DNA of 64,000 bases from Macrostomum hystrix (taxonomy: Eukaryota; Animalia; Platyhelminthes): NCBI GenBank assembly GCA_950097015.1, contig CATNEN010000011.1:4526001-4590000 (forward strand). The letters are read 5' to 3'. Numbering within the stretch: position 1 is the first letter of the stretch; each line of letters starts with the position of its first letter. A program made the translations under genes and the position numbers. Below are positions 12,188 to 21,498 of this stretch, piece by piece. The notes below the pieces were generated by a model. The model was not told the DNA's origin. It saw nothing but the letters and a program-made list of their open reading frames with translations, and did no database searches.

Positions 12188-15100
12188 TCACGCGATGTTG
12201 AACAGTGCGTCCCGCACTTGTTGTCGCCGCTGAGCACGCAGTTCACGAGCTGATGCCATCGTCGGGGCTGTGGCACCCACAGTGCTCATGGTGTTGTCAC
12301 GTACATGCGGCGGTGTAAGCGGCTGCTGGTCTTTCGAGCCGGCCCCGTCATTCTCTGATGTACATGTAGGCGCCATATCAGCCTCCAGCGGTACGAGGTG
12401 GCTGATGGCACGCTGAGATTCGTGACCCGTGCTGGTGATAACTGTAACGTAGCGGACAACACCAGCGGAGTCAGGATGCACGGCCAGGACGCGGCAGGTC
12501 TTCCAGCAAGAGCGCGGCGTGGTGTCGGCCAGCAGCATGAGCTGTCCGACGCGAGGCCCTTCGGGGGCGCAGCCAGTTCGCCGCCGCTCTTGCAGGTGGG
12601 TGGACCGCAGGTGCTGAATGTATTCGCGGCGCCACCTCTCCCAGAAGCTGTCGATGATCTGCTCCCGACGGCGGTAGAGCGCGCGGAGCCACTCCGCAGG
12701 TGGCTGTCCGGGAGCCGGGATAAAGTGGTCGGTTGAGGCTGGAAGATCTAGCCGAGGGCTGGGGGCAACGATGTCGGCGGGAGTCAAAGGCCTTGGGTCC
12801 TTGGGGTCGCTGCTGAGGGCCGTCAACGGGCGCGAGTTGAGGACGGCCTCCACTTTGCACAGCAGCGTCCGTAGCTCGTCATCGGTAATCCGTCGCCGCC
12901 AGAGGGCGGGTCGCAAGCTCGCCATCGTGAGGCCAACCAGACGCTCCACCGCTCCTTGGTGCCATGGCGATCGAACTGGAGCGAATCTGAACCGCAGCTT
13001 TCTAAAGGCGGCGAATGGCTGAAGATCTTGATAGAGCTTGTGCTGGAAGGCTGGTGCGAGGAGGCCATCGACGACTCGCGCAGCTGCTTGAAAGGCGGTG
13101 GCCTGATCGAGGAAGATGGTGCCTTCAGTCAATCCGCGTCTGGCCCAGAAGCGCTCGAAGGCGTGGAGAACCGCATCAGCGGAGTAGTCGTACAGGTACT
13201 CGAGGTGGACGGCTCGGCTTGCGACGCAGCAGATCACGAGGGCCCAGCGCTTGACAACGATGAGGGTTTTGGAATCGAACGTATGGATTGGTCCGAGTTG
13301 ATCCACCAGAATGGAGCTGAAGGCAGGTTGACTTGAATCCAGGCGTTCCGACGGGAGCTGACCGTGAGGTGGTCGAGGGAGTGTAGGCGCCTTGGAGCTC
13401 CGGCAGTCTAGACAGTGGCGAAGGGCCGCTCGAACGGTGGAGAGGCCGCGAGGAACCCAGAAACGCTCCCGTAGACGACTAAGGACAGTCGAGGCCGCAG
13501 CGTGCGTTTCCTGCTGATGAATGTGTAGGATGAGCAGGTGGCTGAGGCGGCTGTCTGGCGGAAGCAGGAACGGGTGAAGAGCGTCCACACTGAGAGTGGC
13601 GTTGGCCATCCGAGAGCCGAGGCGGAGAAGACCGTCGTGGTCCTCGAAGAGGTCGAGCTGGTGAATCAACTTGCACGCCTTTGGGTTGTTGGAACGAAAG
13701 GCTGCTAGTGTCTTTGGATGGTGAAGCTCCTGCACGTACTTGACCCAGAGGAGAAGAGCCGCTTCGCGCTCGGATGTGTTTGGGATTCCCTTGGCTTTGC
13801 TGTGAGTGGCGAAGCGTATAACGTAGGCGGTGGCACCAAGCAAAGTGCTCAGGCGGCCGTAGCGTGTTATGTCCATTCCTGCAGGCGGCGTCATAGAGAT
13901 TTTCGCGGCGAAGGCAAGAAGATTGTTCGATTGGGTGTGTTTGACTGTTGCCGACGGCGTGTTTTTTAGGAGGCTGTCGTCCACAGCGGGCGGGGTCCAA
14001 GAAGGCCAGGCATCAAAGGGGAGCTCGAGGAAGCTGGGCCCCTTGAGGAAGTTGGAACTGAGCAGGTGTGCCAGGTCTAGTGGTTTGGTGCAGTAGTCCG
14101 CCGGGTTTTCCTTGGTGGGCACGTAACGGCGGTCGCTGGTGAGGTCCGAGTCCCGAATTTCTTGAACCCGACGGCCTTCGTAGGGGCGAAGCTTGGTGCC
14201 ATTTTGAAGCCAGTACAGGACGATTTGGCTATCGATGTAGTGCGTGATACCGACAATGTTGACGGCCGGCGTCAGTATGTCGCGGACGATCGAGGCCGTC
14301 CGGTTGGCGATAAGCGCAGCCCAGAGTTCGATGCGTGGCACAGTGATGTACATACCCTTCTTCCTGGCCGGGACGAGACGGGCCTTGGCATGGATCAGGT
14401 TGGAGATGGTACGGCCGTTCAGTTCCTGTTGCAGGTAGATGGCGAAGCCATATGCTTGCGGTGATCCGTCGCTGAAGATGACAAGACGACAGGGCTTGGT
14501 ACGGTCTTCGATGCAGCGACGTGGTATGGCAATGCGGTCAATCTGGATGAAGTCCTCTCGGAGTTTGCTCCAGGCTTTGATGGTGTCCGAGTCAGCAGGC
14601 TTGTCCCACGGGTCACCTGAGTCGAAGGCGGCATTGTAGAGCAGGCGTCCGGCGAGGAGAAGCGGAGCCGCGCAGCCGAACGGGTCGTAAGGCTTCGAGA
14701 TCGCGCTGAGGAGACTGGACCGGGTGAGGGCGCTGTCCGCAGGGATCTCCGGCTTGCTCAAGTGCAGCGTGTCCTGTTGAACGTCCCAGGAGATGCCAAG
14801 GCACTGAACGGAGGGACTTGAGATTCGGTCCTCCCCAGGGAGCTCCTTCAGAGCGTCGGAGCAATTGGCAGCGAACTCCCGCAGATGAAATCCGGCAGAC
14901 TTGAACAGCGAGCGAAGGCCCTTGATCAGGCGAGGGCCTGTCCCTTTGTCGTCGTAGCCCTGCACCAAGTTGTCCACGTACAGGCCCGATGGAATCGACT
15001 CCACCTCATTGTCTGTGAGACCGAAGTTGCAGGATTGGGAGGCGTCCAGACAGAGCTTGTGAATGATGGCGAGAAGGATCCATGGAGACGGGCTGGCTCC

Positions 15101-18100
15101 CATCACGACTCTGGTAAACCGCCATAGTTGGAAGTTATCCTGGGTCAGTGGCTTGCTGATGTCTTTCGGCAGAATGATGCGGAGCGCGTCACGACAGCTA
15201 GGGTGGACGGCGATTTGATAGAAGGCGGACTGCAGGTCGCTGATGCAGGCATACCGGAAGATGCGGAGACGTAGTTGCACTTGCAGGAGGCTTGTGAGTA
15301 AGTTAGGCCCGGTTTCCAGCAGGTCGTTGAGGGAGCGGCCACCAAGTGATGTGGGAGCGGAAGCATCCACTACTGGCCGGATCTTGGTGGTGTTGGACGA
15401 CTCCTTGACGACTGGAAAGTGTGGGAGCACGTGTACTATGGACCCTGCAGGCTTGCCTCCGTCCACGATCTCAATAACACCTTCCTCTTTTCTCTTCTTG
15501 AACTCTGCGTAGTATTGCTCGCGTTGGGCCAGCGTCAGTCTGCGGTGGGTCGCTTGAGCGCGTCCAAAGGCTTGGCTGAAGTTGGTGGGTAGCTGCTCTG
15601 CCTCAGGCTTGAAGGGCAGGGCGACGGAGAAGCGTCCATCTGGCTGGCGAGTGACGCTCTCGAGAAGGCGGATGGTGAGCGCGTCATCCTGAAGGTTTAC
15701 TCGCCCCACATCCTTCTGCAGGCCAAGGATCTCAAGGCTGGTCATCCGGTCTACCAGCTGTTCCAGGTTCGTCGGATGGCTATTACAGAGCAGAGTGTTG
15801 CCGATGACGCGAGGGTGGCTGTTGCCGCTGTGATGCTCGTCATCTCCGAGGGAGCCGCTCAGTATGGCGCCGAACGGGGTGAGGTGGGCCGTGAGCCTGG
15901 GCCGCAGCGGGATGGCGCCGATGCTGGGTCCGATCAGCAGCTGGGCGTAGTCGTTGCCGATGAGCAGGTCGAGATGTACCTCTTCGTCTCTGGCAGGAGG
16001 TAAGTTGGCGATACCATACGGAACGTGAGCGAGGCTAGCCTGGACGTCCCTGGGCAGTTTCGTAGCTGGTACGTGGATAGCTGGAGCGATCTTCTCCACG
16101 CAGAGTACCTTCAATGGCATGCGGCGGCCGTCGGCCGCAGCGAGCTCAAGTCGGACAATGTCGGCATGGATGCGACGGCGGGTGTCGGCGTGGCAAGCGG
16201 AGCTGTCGAGGCTCAGCCTAGCGAGCGACTTGAGACCGAGGCGTTGAGCAATGTCATTGTTGAGGTACGTGTAGCTGCAGCCGCCGTCGATGAGGGCTGT
16301 CACCTTGACAGAGGCACCGTTGACGGGGTTGACGGCAGCTGTGGCGAAGGTGGCCATGATGGTGGAGCTCAACTGTTGGTCCTGGGTTGAGGAGATGCAG
16401 GAGATGGCATTGACAGGCGCACTTTCGGAATCGGCTATGGCAGTCGTGCCGCTGGAGGCGTTGAGGTGTGAGTTAGTTTTGGACTGTCGCGTAGACACAG
16501 TCTTGTGAGCTGGCTTAGTCTCCAGGGTGCTGGCACCGTGCAGGGAAGTGTGGTGTTTGGCCTTGCACTCCTGGCAGCGAAAGCGCGAGGGGCAGTTGCG
16601 AACCTCGTGCGCTCGCAGGCAGTTGAAGCAGAGTTTCTTGCGTCGGACGATGTCCAGTCGCTCATCTGGCTTGACCACGCGACCACAGTGGGAGGCAGCG
16701 TGAGTGTCGCTGTCGCAGAAAACGCAATTGGCGTCGCGTCGGCGAGTTAGTCGACTGTTGTTGTCGCGAGCTGGAGGGTCCCAGCTAGGTCTGGAGTTGC
16801 GTTGCTCTGTTTTGAAGATGTCTTTGGTATGGCAAGCTGCGTTGACGAGACTAGCACCGGCGTACGGGATCGCTGCAGGCTCGGCAGTGGCAATGGAGGC
16901 TCGGAGCGCTCGCAGCTTGGTGTCGAGGTGGTCCTGTAGCTCGGCCATGGTGGGCATGGGTGTCTTGGAACCCTTGATGCGCGCCTCTTGGATATCCATC
17001 TGCATGGCGCTCGGTAGCTTGGGCCACAAGGCGAAAGCGTAGGCGTCCATGGCGGCTGCCGGCTCGTTTAGTCGACTGAGTTGTCCGATGGTGAGACGGA
17101 GAACGTCGGCGAAGTCCTCCAGGCTCTCGTACTCGATGCTACGCAGACGCGGCATGGCGAGGAGACGACGGTAGCAGACGCTCTTCTGCTCTTGCAGGTC
17201 GCCATAGTTGAGCTCGAGGATGCGACGGGCCTCCTTGTACGCGCCGGGCTGGCAGGCGTCGAGGCCACCGAGCTTCTTGAGCGCAGCATCTTTGAGAAGG
17301 CCTCGTAGGGTCTCGAACTTGTCTACATCCGAGTAACTGGTGCTGTCGACTCGGTAGTTGAAGGAGCTCCAGAAGGCTGGGAAGCTGGCGGGGTCGCTGC
17401 CGTCGAACGTTTGGAGCTGGACGTTGCGAAGGACGCTGTCGCCCGAGAAGTTGGGTCGTGGAGCCGGTTGGGTTGGAACGGATGAGTTGGAAGGCTGGCA
17501 CGCTTGGGCCTGGACCTGCAGCAGGATCTGCTGGTTCTGTTGCATCATCTGTGTCAAGCTGTAGAGGAGCTGCTGCATGCAGTCCTGAGAGACAGCGGGC
17601 GCTGCGCCGGGTGCGTAGGATGGGCTGGACCGTGGGAAGAAGCCAGGCTGTGCGGGCGCGGCTGCGGGATCTGTAGTAGTGGGCCGCGGAGTGGCACAGG
17701 CAGAATGGGAGGCTGGCTGTGCTGATGTAGTCGCAGGGTTGGCGCTGTTGCGTCGCTGGCTGCCGCCGTCGTTGTTCACGTGGCCTGGGTCGCGGGCTTC
17801 TGGTGTGGAGGCGCTCTCCACTCCCTCCTCAGAGCCGGAGGCCCGGATGCCGTGCAGGAGGCCGCTACGTTTGAAGTGCGTTGGACGCTTGTCGCGAAGG
17901 TCCACCTGCATGAGTCCCTGGGCTGTCAGCTGCTCGTAGAGCGAGGGCGCTGAGTAGCCGTCCGAGGAGGGACAGAGAGGGCATTTGTAGACGGGCTGCG
18001 GGCCGGCTGAGTCCAAGGCCTCGTTGAGTCGAGAGAGGAGAAGGTCGAACACCGCCTTACTGGCCGATCCTTTAGGAGAGAAGGCTGAGTCAGCGAAACG

Positions 18101-18217
18101 GCGACATATGACGGTATGGCAGTACTGGCAGCGCAGCTTTTCCTTGCTGTGCTGTTGAGCTAGGCATGTCTCAGAGCACGTGGCGGTCGTGCTAACGAAT
18201 GCGCATAGGCTGGACAT
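12188..18217 (-). CDS. BEL/Pao gag-pol polyprotein (2009 aa)
   Basis: N-terminal Cys/His finger; three Zn knuckles (CVFCDSDTHAASHC, CFNCLRAHEVRNC, CQECKAKHHTSLH); protease ALIDGG; RT YVDN; RNase H FSDGS; integrase HHCC and D-D-E (VDQLGP, LDQATAF, GAVERL); uninterrupted ORF. Confidence 0.97.
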   Translation of the reverse strand: MSSLCAFVSTTATCSETCLAQQHSKEKLRCQYCHTVICRRFADSAFSPKGSASKAVFDLLLSRLNEALDSAGPQPVYKCPLCPSSDGYSAPSLYEQLTAQGLMQVDLRDKRPTHFKRSGLLHGIRASGSEEGVESASTPEARDPGHVNNDGGSQRRNSANPATTSAQPASHSACATPRPTTTDPAAAPAQPGFFPRSSPSYAPGAAPAVSQDCMQQLLYSLTQMMQQNQQILLQVQAQACQPSNSSVPTQPAPRPNFSGDSVLRNVQLQTFDGSDPASFPAFWSSFNYRVDSTSYSDVDKFETLRGLLKDAALKKLGGLDACQPGAYKEARRILELNYGDLQEQKSVCYRRLLAMPRLRSIEYESLEDFADVLRLTIGQLSRLNEPAAAMDAYAFALWPKLPSAMQMDIQEARIKGSKTPMPTMAELQDHLDTKLRALRASIATAEPAAIPYAGASLVNAACHTKDIFKTEQRNSRPSWDPPARDNNSRLTRRRDANCVFCDSDTHAASHCGRVVKPDERLDIVRRKKLCFNCLRAHEVRNCPSRFRCQECKAKHHTSLHGASTLETKPAHKTVSTRQSKTNSHLNASSGTTAIADSESAPVNAISCISSTQDQQLSSTIMATFATAAVNPVNGASVKVTALIDGGCSYTYLNNDIAQRLGLKSLARLSLDSSACHADTRRRIHADIVRLELAAADGRRMPLKVLCVEKIAPAIHVPATKLPRDVQASLAHVPYGIANLPPARDEEVHLDLLIGNDYAQLLIGPSIGAIPLRPRLTAHLTPFGAILSGSLGDDEHHSGNSHPRVIGNTLLCNSHPTNLEQLVDRMTSLEILGLQKDVGRVNLQDDALTIRLLESVTRQPDGRFSVALPFKPEAEQLPTNFSQAFGRAQATHRRLTLAQREQYYAEFKKRKEEGVIEIVDGGKPAGSIVHVLPHFPVVKESSNTTKIRPVVDASAPTSLGGRSLNDLLETGPNLLTSLLQVQLRLRIFRYACISDLQSAFYQIAVHPSCRDALRIILPKDISKPLTQDNFQLWRFTRVVMGASPSPWILLAIIHKLCLDASQSCNFGLTDNEVESIPSGLYVDNLVQGYDDKGTGPRLIKGLRSLFKSAGFHLREFAANCSDALKELPGEDRISSPSVQCLGISWDVQQDTLHLSKPEIPADSALTRSSLLSAISKPYDPFGCAAPLLLAGRLLYNAAFDSGDPWDKPADSDTIKAWSKLREDFIQIDRIAIPRRCIEDRTKPCRLVIFSDGSPQAYGFAIYLQQELNGRTISNLIHAKARLVPARKKGMYITVPRIELWAALIANRTASIVRDILTPAVNIVGITHYIDSQIVLYWLQNGTKLRPYEGRRVQEIRDSDLTSDRRYVPTKENPADYCTKPLDLAHLLSSNFLKGPSFLELPFDAWPSWTPPAVDDSLLKNTPSATVKHTQSNNLLAFAAKISMTPPAGMDITRYGRLSTLLGATAYVIRFATHSKAKGIPNTSEREAALLLWVKYVQELHHPKTLAAFRSNNPKACKLIHQLDLFEDHDGLLRLGSRMANATLSVDALHPFLLPPDSRLSHLLILHIHQQETHAAASTVLSRLRERFWVPRGLSTVRAALRHCLDCRSSKAPTLPRPPHGQLPSERLDSSQPAFSSILVDQLGPIHTFDSKTLIVVKRWALVICCVASRAVHLEYLYDYSADAVLHAFERFWARRGLTEGTIFLDQATAFQAAARVVDGLLAPAFQHKLYQDLQPFAAFRKLRFRFAPVRSPWHQGAVERLVGLTMASLRPALWRRRITDDELRTLLCKVEAVLNSRPLTALSSDPKDPRPLTPADIVAPSPRLDLPASTDHFIPAPGQPPAEWLRALYRRREQIIDSFWERWRREYIQHLRSTHLQERRRTGCAPEGPRVGQLMLLADTTPRSCWKTCRVLAVHPDSAGVVRYVTVITSTGHESQRAISHLVPLEADMAPTCTSENDGAGSKDQQPLTPPHVRDNTMSTVGATAPTMASARELRAQRRQQVRDALFNIA

Positions 18218-18254
18218 GTTTGTGGATCACAGGCGGGCACGTAGGCAGGCTTGT

Positions 18255-18273
18255 AAACCACGCTCTGCTACCA
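18255..18273 (-). other. Primer-binding site TGGTAGCAGAGCGTGGTTT (probably tRNA-iMet)
   Basis: 3 nt downstream of the 5' LTR on the sense strand; begins TGG; complementary to an AGCAGAG-type acceptor stem as in animal initiator Met tRNAs. Confidence 0.75.
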
Positions 18274-18276
18274 AAT

Positions 18277-18530
18277 TGTCAGGCAGTGACAATAATATAA
18301 ACGGATATGCTGCTGCTGCTGTGGTAAGGTAGAAAGTTTCTCCTTTGGGGCAAAGCCCCGCGCTTGCTTTATTGATAATACGAGTTATAGAGTACAGTGG
18401 AAGCTTGGAGGTTGTCTATGGTTCAAACGTAGTGAACGAGAATTGGGGCAGACTAATGCAAATGAATATATATGAATATATGAAGATTGCGTACTTTGTA
18501 ATAGCATATGGAGGATTCGGGAATCCGACA
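18277..18530 (-). repeat. 5' LTR of the BEL/Pao element
   Basis: Identical by eye to 11767-12020. Confidence 0.95.
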
Positions 18531-18842
18531 GCTGTTCTGCAACTATTTTCATGCAGCGGATGAGTCATTTTCTAGTACTAGGACTGAGTATGGGACAATG
18601 CCCAACTTCAGTCTATAAAATATTGGGCAGCTGAAATTTTACCCCAAACAGCGCTTCAGATCCCATTCACTGCTGAGACGGCGTGTACGGGATATGGGTT
18701 AGGCAAATGTATGGGATAAGGAGTGAGGAGAACGGTTCATTGTCGAATACGCAGCTTATTTATTATATGGAACGGCAATGCCGCTGCTTGGCTTAGTGTC
18801 AGAATTATTCAGCATTCACTCGGAGTTGCTCGAAGCCTTGCG

Positions 18843-21175
18843 ATGTCACGGTCTGGAAAGAAGCTATTGTTTTGCGCCTTCATTGCTCATCTGGCCTTTG
18901 TTGTGGCTGAGCAAGAGGGATCTGGCACGGCTGCTGCTGTCGATTCCCCCTCGCCAGTGTCTTTGAATACCGCGACAGAAAATGAAGCGGCTGAAAAGCA
19001 CCGTGAAGCTTTCCTTGGTGAGTTTCGCGAGGATTAAGGATTCTCTTTTCACAAGAGGAGCTTGTAGGGAAGGGGAGAAGCTGTGGCACAATGCTTTGAG
19101 ATTCCCGCATCCTAATCGAGAGGTCTGAAAGTTAGAATCTTGCACTAAGCAAAACTATTTGAGCAAGACACTTCATTCCAGCTCGCTTCAGAAAGCTGCA
19201 AAATAAATGGCTAGCAGCATTAGCTCAAGTTGAAGTCCAGGCGGAAGTGGCAACCCACAGACTTAACTCGCTGTACAGATGGGCCAGATGGGCCAGATGG
19301 GCCAGATGTACAGCCAGTGGTACGGCTTTAAATTTTGTACGGCTGTTTAGTACATGGACTGGTGAGGCTGCAAGACCAAACCTAATTTCTACACCAGTTA
19401 ATGCTGGTACCCATATATTTTGACTGAATCAACCGGGAATTAAGGTTTCTTACTTAGGACCTAGCTTATTGCCTTCGGGTTCGGCTTGAGACTCGAACTC
19501 CCGACCTCGTGTTCAGAAGTCCCGATCTCTAAGCACAAGCTCCGGCAAACACCCAACCCAGATTGGCCATTAAGAATTAATTATTAGATAAGAAACCCAC
19601 TGCTCGAAAATTGCTCTCCGTAACCTCAACAACATCCTGCAGGCAAGGACGAGGCTCCAGAATTCAATAAGCTGTCACCGGAGCAGGCTAAACAGCGTCT
19701 GGCCGAGCTGCTGCACAAAATTGACACGAACGGTGACCAGTCAGTGTCCCTGGCTGAGCTGGTAAATTGGATGCGTCATGTTGGTCTCAAGGATCGCATT
19801 GTTGCGGCTCAGAAACGATTAAAAACGCTGAAAACTGCCAGCGACTCCGACAAACCGGGAGCTGCTCTGACTTTGTAAGTTGATCTGAGTTCTCACAGAT
19901 TTTGCCCATTCATTTGTTTGTACTTAGCTAGGCCGGTTTTATAAATATTCATCTCATATCTAAATCACATCCGAAAGCTGCTCCAGGACCACTAGGAGTA
20001 GAAGGACGGGAAACTACGTTTCTTAGAAAAAATGAGGACTGGTTTACGCGAAAAAAATACACTACGGAGATAGGAAATTTACGTTTTTGTCTGGCTTAAA
20101 TGGTGACAGATTTTGATTTGAAGCAGATACAAAGCTGTTATTTTTATATATCTTAGCCAAAAACAACATCCCAAGTATTCTCTGCGAATGTGGCGAAGGA
20201 TCAAATTGGCCAGAATATGCGACCAGAATCGAGCTCAGGGATCGCGTTAAACCGTTCTGCTACTCCCCCCCAAACCATGGTTTGTAACCACATTCTTTTC
20301 AATAACCAGCCAGGAGTATGAACTGGCTTTGCAACGAGAGATGCTCCGGGACTCGGAGCATCAGGGCCTTGTCAATGCCACGGCCTCTGTGAACAACAGT
20401 CTGGCAGCGTTGATGTCGCGCAGTAGAGCTCGCTGGGCTCTAGCCGACGCTAACGGCGACGGTCGGTTGACAGCCGCGGAGCTGGCCGACTTTCTACGAC
20501 CGGAGGAATCGCCGAGGATGCACACCGTTGTCATCCAGGTGTCTAGATTGTACCTTGTCTCATTTATTATCTACTCAGCAGCGACTAACGATCGTAACAT
20601 TATAACAAAAAACTACAGGAGGCCTTGGATACAGCCGATGCAAATCGCGACGGTCGGATTGATATGGGCGAATATTTGCGCGACATTTATCCCGACTATG
20701 ACAAGGACCGGCGAGAGGGCAAGGCAATGCCCGACTGGGTTGTCAAGGAGGAGGCCCACTTTCGGGTGAGTTTTTTTACTTCTGTTGAGCCTATTCAAAA
20801 GCATTGTGCTGAAAGATTTCGAAAAAAAACTGGCGACACTTTCAGCTGCATCTGGATTTGGACAAAGACGGAACGCTTAACGACAACGAGATTTACAAAC
20901 TAGCCGTCCCGGACAGCGCTGACCACGCTCAAACGGTGAGTTCACGCGCTTATGTCTAATAAAATCCAATCAAAGCAAGCCAATTCCAGCAGCTATCCAA
21001 ACTACGAGTACTTTTCTTAAACTCGCGCTTTTTCTAGGAAGCGCAGTTCCTATTTAGCGAGGCTGACTCGAACGGCGACAAATTTTTGTCTATGGATGAA
21101 ATTCTCAACAAATGGAAGGCCTTCGTAGGCCACGCGGCAACAAACTTTGGCGCCTTTGATCATCAGGAATTGTGA
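18843..21175 (+). CDS. Calumenin/reticulocalbin-like CREC-family EF-hand ER protein (~336 aa); exons 18843-19017, 19643-19874, 20310-20538, 20619-20765, 20846-20935, 21038-21175
   Basis: Signal peptide; HREAFLG|KDEAPEFNKLSPEQAKQRL family motif; EF loops DTNGDQSVSLAE, DANGDGRLTAAE, DANRDGRIDMGE, DLDKDGTLNDNE, DSNGDKFLSMDE; C-terminus HQEL; all introns GT-AG and in phase (1011 nt). Confidence 0.93.
19385..19545 (-). mobile_element. Degenerate copy of the CORE-like tRNA SINE
   Basis: Reverse complement has B-box-like GAGTTCGAGTC and ATGGGTACCAGCAT as at 24616. Confidence 0.5.
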
Positions 21176-21498
21176 CACTTGCCGCTGTAGCACAATATTA
21201 CCTTTGAGTTTTGCTAATTACTTTGAATCATCGATTGATACTAAAAATCTTACTGCTTAAAAATAAAATTAGCGTAAAAGATTTTTAGGGATTTGAAAAC
21301 TTGATAACTGACACTGCAGCAATGGAATATTATTTTACGTTGGACTGCGTAAAACGTAGGACTAAGTGATTTTATTGACAGGCTTGTATTGATTTAAATA
21401 AACCAGCTGATTTTAACGTTAAGTAACTAAAGAGCTTAACAGTTTTTGTCAACGAGTGAATGCAATTCAATCGAAATAAAATCCCAACATTTTTTCTC

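Larger units (their letters stand above)
11767..18530 (-). mobile_element. Full-length BEL/Pao LTR retrotransposon
   Basis: TG...CA LTRs at 11767-12020 and 18277-18530 (254 bp, identical by eye); 5-bp TSD GCTGT (11762-11766 and 18531-18535); single gag-pol ORF in PR-RT-RH-IN order. Confidence 0.97.

Noticed and set aside
12398-17939. Many short ORFs overlapping the BEL polyprotein
   Set aside because: Shadow ORFs from GC-rich codon usage; no motifs or independent signals.
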